From: Spirochaetia bacterium
Lineage (GTDB): Bacteria > Spirochaetota > Spirochaetia > SP-2023
NCBI GenBank assembly: GCA_965225855.1
Contig: CBDDCK010000005.1
Coordinates: forward strand, 1-64,000
Reading direction: 5' to 3'
Length of the DNA stretch: 64,000 nt
A program made the position numbers and the translations under genes. Below the pieces are notes generated by a model. The model saw only the letters and a program-made list of their open reading frames with translations. It was not told the DNA's origin and did no database searches. Positions 1 to 9,088 of this stretch are shown in pieces. Numbering within the stretch: position 1 is the stretch's first letter; each line of letters opens with the position of its first letter.

Positions 1-740
1 CGCAAAATTTGCCCCACTTGGATATAATCATCTTTTAACTGGTTTAAGGCCCGAATCACACCAATACTCACTTTTATTTTGCGGCTAATTCCCAAAAGAG
101 TATCGCCATCTTCCACTGTATAACTGGCTTCGCCTGTTTTGTCATCTGGCTTTGCTGAAGTATTGAAAGCTGGTATCCGCAATGTTTGCCCAATGCGTAT
201 TTTATCGGAATCCAATTGATTCCATTTTCTTATATGGATTGCATCAATGCCAAAACGAACAGCTAAGAGCGAGAGCGTATCGCCTGATTGTACTTTATAT
301 TCTGTATATTGGTTAGCTGTAGCGTTTGGATTCTCAATTTCGTTGGGGCGGCTTAGGTTTGGCTGTGCGTTGGGCTCAATATTAACAGGAGTATCCTCTG
401 AAGATGGTTTGGGTGGTTGTTTGATAGGCGCACGAGCTAATTCAATTTTTGGCTTAGAAGGCTCTGTTTCAATACCTTGCTCTCCAACAGAAGCAAACAC
501 AATATCGGATTCAGGTATTAAAATGCTTTGACCACGGACAATATTTTGTTGCGCTTGTTCCAGATTTTGAAAGCGGTTTATTTTGATGAGAGAGGCAATT
601 GAAACTTTAAAACGTTCTACAATACTTTCCAGCGTATCGCCTTCTTCGATTGTATAAATGAGCGTTTCGCCATAAAGCTGGCTTGCTCCCGTTACAATGG
701 GGAAAATGAATATAATGCTAACAGCTATAAAGTATGTCAT
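1..740 (-). CDS. LysM-repeat peptidoglycan-binding protein (3' end beyond window)
   Basis: Manual translation from ATG 740: signal-like MTYFIAVSIIFIFPIV, then YTIEEGDTLESIVERFKVSIASLIKIN, and further LysM repeats YKVQSGDTLSLLAVRFGI and YTVEDGDTLLGISRK. Not in the ORF track because it runs off the edge. Confidence 0.85.
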   Translation of the reverse strand, partial: MTYFIAVSIIFIFPIVTGASQLYGETLIYTIEEGDTLESIVERFKVSIASLIKINRFQNLEQAQQNIVRGQSILIPESDIVFASVGEQGIETEPSKPKIELARAPIKQPPKPSSEDTPVNIEPNAQPNLSRPNEIENPNATANQYTEYKVQSGDTLSLLAVRFGIDAIHIRKWNQLDSDKIRIGQTLRIPAFNTSAKPDDKTGEASYTVEDGDTLLGISRKIKVSIGVIRALNQLKDDYIQVGQIL

Positions 741-1548
741 AAAAGGTAGTTTAGAACAAACGCTTTTAAACAATTCTATTGGAAGATTTTTATGAAAAAA
801 CAATGTAATACCTATTCTACGCTACTATGGGAATTTGACAAAGTCGATGCGCAAGCATTGTACCGAAGTATCATGAATAACAATGCTTGCCTATCGGCAC
901 AATTTGAAAAATGGCTAAACTTGTTTCCTAACTTTATCTGCAATAGTCTGGCTATTTTAATTGGCTATTTTAATTGGTGAACCAAAAAAACTTGTTTTTT
1001 TATTTCCTGCTACATTGAGAATCCTAATCCAAAGAGACCCTAGAATGTAAAATAATTATTGCATAATTCCAAAACTGTGCTGAGCTGCTGCCCAAGACCA
1101 ATAATACAAGGCAAAATACAAATCAAGTACCATTTCTGGAGGTTTCATCATAGTTAGCCGAACAGTAGAAATGATCAATCCAACAGGTTTACACACCCGT
1201 CCGGGCAAGCAAAGAGGGTGGGGCTTGATAATCCACCCCACCCCCAACCAACACCCCAAAGCAACAAACCCGATCAACACTGTATGGCCAAAGTTGTTTG
1301 CGCAAAGAGCCCCGACTAAATAGTTAATCCGGAACATGATAACTGAATGGGATAGGCGCGATAACTCGGGATTTTTTTGGGACAAATGGAAGGTAAAAAT
1401 TGGCTTACTTTCCAAAATAAAAAGGTAAAAAAATTTTTGTTTTTCGGCCTATGGGCCATTGTCGGCAGTAATTGGGCAACAATATGGCATCAAGTATCAA
1501 AATATCATGGTAACGGGCCACGGTCTCAAAAAGCTAGTAAGGTTTCTG

Positions 1549-1593
1549 AAAAAAGCTAGTAAGGTTTTCAGTCAAAACCTTACTAGCTTTTTT
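1549..1593. repeat. 20-bp perfect inverted repeat preceded by a direct copy of its left arm
   Basis: aaaaaagctagtaaggtttt-cagtc-aaaaccttactagctttttt; the arm also occurs 22 bp upstream. Confidence 0.85.
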
Positions 1594-1775
1594 GATTGGC
1601 AACCTGGGGATTTTCCAACAAACCCGATCAACACTGTATGGCCAAAGTTGTTTGCTTGAAGAGCCCCAGCTAAATACCCAGAAGCCCATATAGCCCAAGC
1701 TAAAGTACCCTAACACAAAAAAAGTGCCCAAACATAAAAAAGCACAAAAAAACTTACAAAAAGCTTACATGGGCC

Positions 1776-1802
1776 TTGACGCAACACCCCCCCTAGCAAA
1801 AT
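1776..1802 (+). promoter_or_regulatory. Putative promoter with C7 tract, conserved upstream of all 7 lipoprotein paralogues
   Basis: TTGACG-caaca-C7-tag-CAAAAT (15-nt spacer); GGAGG RBS before ATG 1866. Confidence 0.45.
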
Positions 1803-1865
1803 AGGGATTTACAGACTAGCCCGTATGGGTTGGCGAATCTTTATCCATTGTTGGAGGTATTGCTT

Positions 1866-3935
1866 ATGTATAAGCTCAAACTACTTTTATTGCCTGTAGC
1901 CTGGCTACTGGCCTTTATGGCCTTTGCCTGCGCACCACCCGATGACGATGATCGATCTTCTGCGCCGTCTGGGCCGACTATCAATAACGCTATCTACGAC
2001 TTTGCTACGGCTCTGTTAACCGTACAAGGTACTGACTTAAGTCCTACCAGTGTGAAACAAGCGCAAATCCAAACTATCAGGGTAGGAAGCCGAACAAATG
2101 GTGTAGCCTTAAGTTCCTATACTGCAGATGACCCAGCCACTGGGGTAAATAGTAACGGTCTTGCAAAAGGTAAGTACCGTATTAAAAGCGATGGCACAGC
2201 GCTTTGGCTGAAACTTACCGATGACGATAAAGCTACTCTTGAGGCCAAGGTGGGTAGCGATGGTCTAAAAAAAGGGTTGCTTACTAGCTCTGGTGCTTGG
2301 GCGGGTTTAAATACACCTAAAGACTTGGACGTTAGTAATGTACCCGAAAATAAGCAGTCTAAAGTATCCGATGACAATCAGCCATCTAAGCAAACTGAAG
2401 AAGCTGAACAAGACGAACAAGCTGAACAAGTCGAACAAGCTGAAGAGGAGTCGCGTAAACTACCCGAAGCCGAACAAGCTGAAGAGGAGTCGCGTAAACT
2501 ACCCGAAGCCGAACAAGCTGAAGAGGAGTCGCGTAAACTACCCGAAGCCGAACAAGCTGAAGAGGAGTCGCGTAAACTACCCGAAGCCGAACAAGCTGAA
2601 GAGGAGTCGCGTAAACTACCCGAAGCCGAACAAGCTGAAGAGGAGTCGCGTAAACTACCCGAAGCCGAACAAGCTGAAGAGGAGTCGCGTAAACTACCCG
2701 AAGCCGAACAAGCTGAAGAGGAGTCGCGTAAACTACCCGAAGCCGAACAAGCTGAAGAGGAGTCGCGTAAACTACCCGAAGCCGAAGAAACCGAACAGCA
2801 GTCGCCTAAGCAAACCGAACAAGCTGAACAAGCCGAACAAGCCGCAATTACCAGTGCAACCTACAATGTAAATACGGGTAAATTAGTGATTACAGGTACT
2901 AATTTACCGAAAACAGTTGCAGAATGGGACTTTATCAAATTGACGCTTGTATCCGGTGATGGTAGTGATAGATTCACATTACCCCGGCACTCATTAGATA
3001 AAAACAGTGCCAGAGGTTTTGCAGCAAGTACAACAAGCTTAACGATTACTTTAAAGGGTAGTGTAAAAGCGGAAGCCGAGAAGATACTGGTTAAGGTTGG
3101 TGATAGTGATAATAATGGTGCATACAACCTTGAAGCAGCAGCAGGATTTGTAATTGGTAGCGCAGAAGACACAAGCAATAACCCTATTACCGTTAGTGAG
3201 TATGCAGCCAGCATCACCAGAGCAACCTACGATGCTAATACAGGTAAGTTACAGATTCAGGGTAGGAATTTACCGAGAGCAGTTGCAGACTGGGACTTTA
3301 GCAAATTGACGCTTGTATCCGGTGATGGTAGAAATAGATACCCATTACCCCGGCACTCAACTGCAGGTGAAAACACAGCCACAGGTTCTAGTGCAAATGT
3401 AACAGGCTTATTGATTACTTTAAGCGGTACTGAAAAAGCCAAAGCCAATGCTATACTGGTTAAGTCTGGTGGTAGTGATAATAATGGTGCATACAACCTG
3501 GAAGCAGCAGCAGGATTTGCAGGTGGTAGTGCAGAAGACACAAGCAATAACCCGATTACCGTTAGTGGCTACGTAATCTTGCTCAAAACCGTATCATATA
3601 TATCTCATAGAAGTTTGTTACATATTAGTGGTAGCAGGTTACCGACAGCAGTTGCAGACTGGGACTTTAGCAAATTGACGCTTGTATCCGGTGATGGTAA
3701 GAAGAGATACACATTACCCCGGCACTCAACTACAGGTGCAAACAAAGCCACAGGTTCTCGTGCAAGTAGAACAAGCTTAAATATTACTTTAAGCGGTATT
3801 GTAAAAGCCAAAGTCGAGGCTATACTGGTTAAGGTTGGTGATAGTGATAATAATGGTGCATACAACCTGGAAGCAGCAGCAGAATTTGTACCTGGTAGTC
3901 CAGAAGACCTAACCACTAGTATATACAAGTTATAA
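1866..3935 (+). CDS. Modular surface lipoprotein, paralogue 1 (A-linker-B-B-B)
   Basis: GGAGG RBS then ATG 1866; signal peptide with lipobox AFMAFAC; E/Q-rich linker; three ~120-aa repeats with WDFSKLTLVSGDG and YNLEAAAGF. Confidence 0.9.
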   Translation: MYKLKLLLLPVAWLLAFMAFACAPPDDDDRSSAPSGPTINNAIYDFATALLTVQGTDLSPTSVKQAQIQTIRVGSRTNGVALSSYTADDPATGVNSNGLAKGKYRIKSDGTALWLKLTDDDKATLEAKVGSDGLKKGLLTSSGAWAGLNTPKDLDVSNVPENKQSKVSDDNQPSKQTEEAEQDEQAEQVEQAEEESRKLPEAEQAEEESRKLPEAEQAEEESRKLPEAEQAEEESRKLPEAEQAEEESRKLPEAEQAEEESRKLPEAEQAEEESRKLPEAEQAEEESRKLPEAEQAEEESRKLPEAEETEQQSPKQTEQAEQAEQAAITSATYNVNTGKLVITGTNLPKTVAEWDFIKLTLVSGDGSDRFTLPRHSLDKNSARGFAASTTSLTITLKGSVKAEAEKILVKVGDSDNNGAYNLEAAAGFVIGSAEDTSNNPITVSEYAASITRATYDANTGKLQIQGRNLPRAVADWDFSKLTLVSGDGRNRYPLPRHSTAGENTATGSSANVTGLLITLSGTEKAKANAILVKSGGSDNNGAYNLEAAAGFAGGSAEDTSNNPITVSGYVILLKTVSYISHRSLLHISGSRLPTAVADWDFSKLTLVSGDGKKRYTLPRHSTTGANKATGSRASRTSLNITLSGIVKAKVEAILVKVGDSDNNGAYNLEAAAEFVPGSPEDLTTSIYKL
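2433..2786 (+). repeat. 39-bp coding tandem repeat x9 (AEEESRKLPEAEQ)
   Basis: gctgaagaggagtcgcgtaaactacccgaagccgaacaa recurs every 39 bp. Confidence 0.95.
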
Positions 3936-3981
3936 TTCGGTAAGTAGGGTTTGGTTGTTGCAACCCTTGCATTGGCCAAAA

Positions 3982-4200
3982 GCAGCCTTGGTAAGTTTTT
4001 TATCAAGGCTGCTTTTACCAATTATAGCCTTGGTATGGAGAAAATACCAAGGCTATAAATTTTTTTATTAAGGCTGTAAATTTTTTTGTCAAGGCTACAA
4101 ATTTTTTTGTCAAGGCTGTAAATTTTTTTATTAAGGCTGCTTTTGCCAATTATAGCCTTGGTAAATTTTTTTATCATGGCTGCTTTTACCAATTATAGCC
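3982..4200 (+). repeat. Downstream hairpin and 21-bp tandem array (terminator-like)
   Basis: Hairpins gcagccttg...caaggctgc and tatagccttggtat...ataccaaggctata; 21-bp units aaggctRYaaatttttttRtY. Related copies at ~10780-10880, 21837-21890, 38485-38700 and 48200-48250. Confidence 0.8.
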
Positions 4201-4384
4201 ATTCTGGAAAGTAGAAAAAAATCGAGTTATCACTTCCTGCATCACTACGATAGACGAATTTAGATAGCGGAATAATTTTAAAGAAAGTGCTGCATCAGCA
4301 AGTGTGGCATTTTGCTTTAAGTCTTTTTTTAAGGCTTAAAGCAATGTTTAGTCCAATTTTGGGTTAATGGGGCTTATGGGTAAT

Positions 4385-5209
4385 TTATTCATAGCAATAA
4401 CGACAGGAAACCCCATATTCCCAATATTGATTTTTCGTCATATCTTCTGGCTTTAAAGAGCTTTGGCAATTCAGGCATAAACTGGACTCTCCTAACTCTA
4501 AACTATATTTTAGAGCAATACGGTTGTCAAAGACAAAACATTCTCCGCCCCAACGGTTATCTTCTTGCACATCTTCAAGATATTTTAGAATACCACCCTT
4601 TAAATGGTAAACGACTTTAAAACCTTGTTTCAACATATATGCTGAAGCTTTCTCGCAGCGGATACCACCAGTACAAAACATGGCAATTTCCGGGGTAGCC
4701 TGTGGGTCTAAAGTAGCTACATAATTTTTAAATTCTTTAAAAGTTTTCGTTTGGGGATTGATTGCACCCGGAAAAGTTCCCATTACATATTCGTAGTGAT
4801 TGCGTGTATCAATAAGGGGAATTCCTTTGTCCAACACTTTCGCATTCCAGTCATCGGGCTGAACATAAGTGCCCCGTTGTTCTGCAGGGTTGGCTTCGGG
4901 CGCATCTAAAGTCACAACTTCACGTTTGATACGAACTTTCATGCGTTCAAAAGGCATTTCCCAAGCCCAAGAATCTTTCATTTCACTGTTGCAAAAACGC
5001 TGATCTTGGTTAAAGCGGCCTTTCAATTTGGCAATGGCTTCTGCGCTACCGGCCACAGTACCATTAAAACCTTCACGAGCGAGTAAAATAGTGCCATAAA
5101 TCCCCTGCTCTAAACAAAACTCTTTGAGTAGCATTTGCTGCTCCCGATAATCCTCTAAAGTAACAAACTTATAAAAAGCACAAACGCTTAGGCGCTGTTG
5201 TTCGTCCAT
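4385..5209 (-). CDS. trhO: Rhodanese-domain tRNA uridine(34) hydroxylase (TrhO/YceA family)
   Basis: GTILLAREGFNGTVAG, DTRNHYE and MFCTGGIRCEKAS motifs; GGAGG RBS before ATG 5209. Confidence 0.9.
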   Translation of the reverse strand: MDEQQRLSVCAFYKFVTLEDYREQQMLLKEFCLEQGIYGTILLAREGFNGTVAGSAEAIAKLKGRFNQDQRFCNSEMKDSWAWEMPFERMKVRIKREVVTLDAPEANPAEQRGTYVQPDDWNAKVLDKGIPLIDTRNHYEYVMGTFPGAINPQTKTFKEFKNYVATLDPQATPEIAMFCTGGIRCEKASAYMLKQGFKVVYHLKGGILKYLEDVQEDNRWGGECFVFDNRIALKYSLELGESSLCLNCQSSLKPEDMTKNQYWEYGVSCRYCYE

Positions 5210-5359
5210 ATATCCTCCATACAATATTTTAGAATATTTTTATAACTCAATGTTTCGTAAATCTTAGAATAAAAATTATCGGCCTTGTGCGCCTGAATAA
5301 GAACTTGAGCTTAATACATTCAACAATAACTTCATTCCATCACCATGTGGGCAAAGTTT

Positions 5360-6548
5360 CTACTTTTTGGGATACGCAATTAAATATTCAATCGCTGCAA
5401 TTAAAGCATTATCACGTTTATGGTATTGATTGGTAGGCTGAAAGTGCTCATTAATGGGTTGTAAACCGACTTTAAAATAATCCGTTCCATTAACGGCATA
5501 GGTACGCGATGAAGTAAAACGAAAAATCCAACCATTGGGTAGTTCTCGGTCAATCACGGTACCGGTACAACCATTGGTCGGAACACCCCATTGGCCAATA
5601 AAACCATCGGCTTGTTGCAACATCAATACTAACATTTCACCGGCACTACAGGTATTGGAGTTTGCCAATATTGCCAATTTTTTACCTGCTAAAGCCCTAT
5701 TGCCAGCCGGTTCAATATATTCACCTTTGCTTTGTTCTTTGCCAAATTGCACAGTAGTTTTGGAAATCATGTATTTTTTGCGTTTGCTAATAAACCGAGC
5801 GGCTATTCTTGCACCGTTATAAGGGGCCCCTCCTGCTGAAGAGCGAATATCCAAAATCACTTTTGTTGCTTGTTTGCTCACCAAATCAGCTACAATTTTA
5901 TCGGTAAGCTCTTCAAATATTTTTCCCGGATTTACCAACCGTTTGGTGCCACCCGCACCCGCACCATCATACGTTACAGAATCAACATAGATATAGCCAA
6001 TCCTACGACTATTCAATTCAATAATCGCATAACGTATCGGCTCGGTATGATCTGTACTTAGAGAACGAAATTTTGCTATTACCCCTCTGGAAAGAGTCAA
6101 TGGCCTATTGCTCAATGTTGGCATATCCCAGCTCTATAAGCTTTGCATCATTGTTTCTACGCAGTTTAAGATGCTCGTTATTGCTAATGGTTTTCATCGG
6201 GGAGTATACACTATACAAATGTGGGTCGGCAATATATTTATCTAGTAAATCGGTGAGAACAAGCACCAAGTTTTCCCAAGACGGGTTTGCAACAATGCGG
6301 GACCTAAGTATATTTTCTATTTCACTAAGCAAGCGATTTTGTTCAAATCTGTAATCGCTGTAAGCATAACTATGGTTTAACTCATGGAAAAAAGCATCAA
6401 AATTTCCAATTGGAGTATTTTTGTAGCCACCTTCAAAAGTAACTTCACAATTAAGTAAAGATATCACTGCAATTGTTACAGCAAACAGCTTAATCCATTT
6501 AATAAAAAAACGATATTTAAAAATAGAATGATACGCCAAGGCTGACAT
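5360..6548 (-). pseudogene. S41-family peptidase split into two overlapping ORFs (6105-6548 and 5360-6124)
   Basis: N-part: lipoprotein-like signal plus NFDAFFHELNHSYAY. C-part: IGYIYV, LDIRSSAGG, TCSAGE, RELPNGW. Frame change near 6108-6133. Confidence 0.6.
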
Positions 6549-7389
6549 AACTTTGCAACTCCAGTCTTCTACGAATTGCGATTGTATAGAGAATTTTACT
6601 CTGATAATCGACTAGCAGACTCATAAATCGAAAGAGTCTATATTGATAACTTACTTGCAGATTTACATCTATCATATTGTGGAAAGACAAAAACACCGGC
6701 ATGGCAAAAATCGGTGACAAAATGCCTTGTGTTTCCAGTAATTTTTCTTCCTTTAAAGTATAGCCAACATAGGGGGACCGCCAACCTACATTGATTATGG
6801 GCATATAAAAACCAAAAGATAGCTTATGTTTTAAATTGGGTTGAAAACTTAAAAATAACTTTAAGCCAAGGCCAGTATTAACAAACCAAGCATAACGGAA
6901 CAGATCCGGGTCATTGACCAACCATAGATCGCTAAAAAAATGAATTCCCGGGCCAAGCCGAAAACGCAAATATGGATTACTCCACAGAGTAAATGAGACA
7001 TTATATTGCAATTGAGCTTCAATTGGAAGATCGACTTTTGGTTCATAACTTTCACCAAACACTTTACCAGCTGCTTTGTAAGGGGACACCAACCAACCCG
7101 CCGCCCCTTGAAGGGCAACTATATGCTGCATAAAGGCATTTTCATAAACATAACCAAAATTGCCACCGAGTAAAATCGGTAGCTTATATAAACTGGAATA
7201 AACAGTATCGGCAGCAGGGCCTATAGAAAATACAAAACCTAGGTTTAATTGATGATGGCGCATTCGCTCTTCCGTTGATTTTTTAGGTTTTGCTTTTGAC
7301 TTAGCTGGCTCATTTATTTGTTGTGCAAAGGTTGGAACCATTACAAAAAAACAAACGGGCAACCAAAAAAGATAAAGATACTTTGTCAT
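6517..7389 (-). CDS. Putative outer-membrane beta-barrel protein (DUF3316-like, next to S41 gene)
   Basis: Signal peptide, amphipathic beta-strands, C-terminal F. Confidence 0.55.
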   Translation of the reverse strand: MTKYLYLFWLPVCFFVMVPTFAQQINEPAKSKAKPKKSTEERMRHHQLNLGFVFSIGPAADTVYSSLYKLPILLGGNFGYVYENAFMQHIVALQGAAGWLVSPYKAAGKVFGESYEPKVDLPIEAQLQYNVSFTLWSNPYLRFRLGPGIHFFSDLWLVNDPDLFRYAWFVNTGLGLKLFLSFQPNLKHKLSFGFYMPIINVGWRSPYVGYTLKEEKLLETQGILSPIFAMPVFLSFHNMIDVNLQVSYQYRLFRFMSLLVDYQSKILYTIAIRRRLELQSYVSLGVSFYF

Positions 7390-7496
7390 TTATATACAAA
7401 TCTTCTTATTGAAATTGAAAAACAAAATTTATCAAACAAAAATACAGGAGGAATCCAGAAATTAAACTTTTCATATAATCATAGCATAGATATTGA

Positions 7497-8516
7497 TTAT
7501 TCTAAACTATCCTGTCCCATTTCTTCTTGCCAAAGGTCTTCACTATCAATTTCTGAATCTAAGTTTAACCCTTTATCTGCCAAAACTTTGAAACTGTTTT
7601 CAGGTAAATTTTTGGCAAGAATGGGTTGGCCTTCAACCAAAATTCGCAAAGCCCGAACATTTGGATATTCTGTTACCGTAAAAATTAACTGCTTCACCGC
7701 AGCAATCAATACAGCAGGTAAAGCCACTATTTCATAAAACTCTTGGCTCAAATTTAGGAAAGCGGTTGTTCCAATAATCCGAATACCAAGTATCTCTATA
7801 TTTGGTGGCAGCATAGAATGGAAACCTTTATTGATTTCTTGGGGACTAGGGCCTTTAAGCAGCTGCTCTACCGTCCGGCTCAAAGGCGCTTGATCAAAAG
7901 GAACTTGATGCAGCACGCTCTTTAATTCAAGTTGCCCATCATCTTGCACTCGAACAAAAAATAAACGGATATCTCTAAAACGGCCCATATTTGCTAAATT
8001 ATCAGACTGTTTTTCAATACGTAAAAGCTCCCCAATTGGTTGCTCAAATTGTTGCAACGAATTTTTATCCAATTCTGTTGAGCTCTCTTGTTGTTCCTTG
8101 TCTGAGGGAGGCTCTAATCGTAGCACTTCAACACTTAACTCGAGAAGCTCTCTATTATCAAATGGAAATAATTTTAACAACCAGCTTCGTTGTGAAAATA
8201 AAATCACAAGCGGTAGTAGCAAACAGAAAAAGCACCATAGTAGAATATCGCCATCTCTTTTTTCTTTTACTTTTGGTATTTGTTTATCGTAGTCCCAACC
8301 TTGGACTCCAAGTTGCTTCGTTCTTTTTTGAGGGGGTTCTTTTGAAGTTTGCCTTGTATCCACGCTCCCCAAATTATCGCTAAGGCTTGTTATCAAGCGC
8401 TCTCTAACGCTAGCAGAATAATCCAAACGGTGGGCCCGAAAATCCCTAAGTTTTGAGTGTTCATCAAAATCAAGGCGATTATCAATACGAATTTCTCGAT
8501 GCGTCTTTTTCTTCAT
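7497..8516 (-). CDS. GerMN domain membrane protein
   Basis: TM helix, then LLKGPSPQEINKGFHSMLP...QLIFTVTEYPNVRALRILVEG. Confidence 0.85.
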   Translation of the reverse strand: MKKKTHREIRIDNRLDFDEHSKLRDFRAHRLDYSASVRERLITSLSDNLGSVDTRQTSKEPPQKRTKQLGVQGWDYDKQIPKVKEKRDGDILLWCFFCLLLPLVILFSQRSWLLKLFPFDNRELLELSVEVLRLEPPSDKEQQESSTELDKNSLQQFEQPIGELLRIEKQSDNLANMGRFRDIRLFFVRVQDDGQLELKSVLHQVPFDQAPLSRTVEQLLKGPSPQEINKGFHSMLPPNIEILGIRIIGTTAFLNLSQEFYEIVALPAVLIAAVKQLIFTVTEYPNVRALRILVEGQPILAKNLPENSFKVLADKGLNLDSEIDSEDLWQEEMGQDSLE

Positions 8517-8526
8517 ATTTTAAAAG

Positions 8527-9078
8527 TCAAATCCCTGTTGCTTCATGAGCCAAAGCATCATAAAGATAGGCAAGATCATCATTTGTTTTTTGTAAGCGAT
8601 CAGCTAATACTCGGCAGATGGAAAATGTTAGCCCAACCGCAACAGCAGGTTGTTTCTTTGTCATGCGAATAAAATTCTTACGGGAAAGAACAAGAAGTTT
8701 GACATCACTCACGGCCTTTACTGTAGCATTATGCAATTCATTGCGCACCAAGCCCATTTCACCAAAAAAAACATTATTGCGTCCATTTAATTCCTTCAAT
8801 AGAAATTGCTCATCGCTATTGGATTTTTTTAGAATCCTTATCGTTCCTTCTAAAAGAATATACATCGCATTGGAAGGCTCCCCTTCTTGAGAAATAGTAC
8901 AATTTTTTTCTAAAGACAGTATGTGGCAATAACTTAACAACACTTGCAGCAGTTTGATCTCGTTTTTCAGTTCACTCAAGATAAACACATTTTTTAGAGC
9001 ATTCACATCAATACGATTAGCTACATGCCTGTTTCTTTTTCGTTTATAGAGCTTTTTTAGTCTAAACAATAAGTTCAC
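8527..9078 (-). CDS. Cyclic nucleotide-binding domain protein
   Basis: QEGEPSNAMYILLEG...FFGEMGLV...ATVKA; no clear HTH. Confidence 0.85.
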   Translation of the reverse strand: MNLLFRLKKLYKRKRNRHVANRIDVNALKNVFILSELKNEIKLLQVLLSYCHILSLEKNCTISQEGEPSNAMYILLEGTIRILKKSNSDEQFLLKELNGRNNVFFGEMGLVRNELHNATVKAVSDVKLLVLSRKNFIRMTKKQPAVAVGLTFSICRVLADRLQKTNDDLAYLYDALAHEATGI

Positions 9079-9088
9079 AATCAGATTC

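Larger units (their letters stand above)
1325..4244 (+). mobile_element. Degenerate non-autonomous TIR element E1 carrying lipoprotein copy 1
   Basis: Left end gaacatgataact-N10-ggcgcgataactcg (terminal TG eroded). Right end cgagttatcacttcctgcatca (4223-4244), matching the E3/E6 ends. No TSD seen. Confidence 0.6.

Noticed and set aside
772..1200. Short ORFs 792-980 and 1056-1415
   Set aside because: No recognisable motifs; probably decayed or intergenic DNA, partly overlapping repeats.
1830..1865. Upstream TTG/ATG starts (MANLYPLLEVLL) for the lipoproteins
   Set aside because: The GGAGG RBS sits just before the MYK ATG, which gives a normal signal peptide.
2117..3547. Antisense and alternate-frame ORFs over lipoprotein, DUF285 and Bdr repeats (e.g. 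2338-2871, 36571-37449, 53750-54346)
   Set aside because: Shadows of repetitive coding DNA with no independent RBS or motifs.
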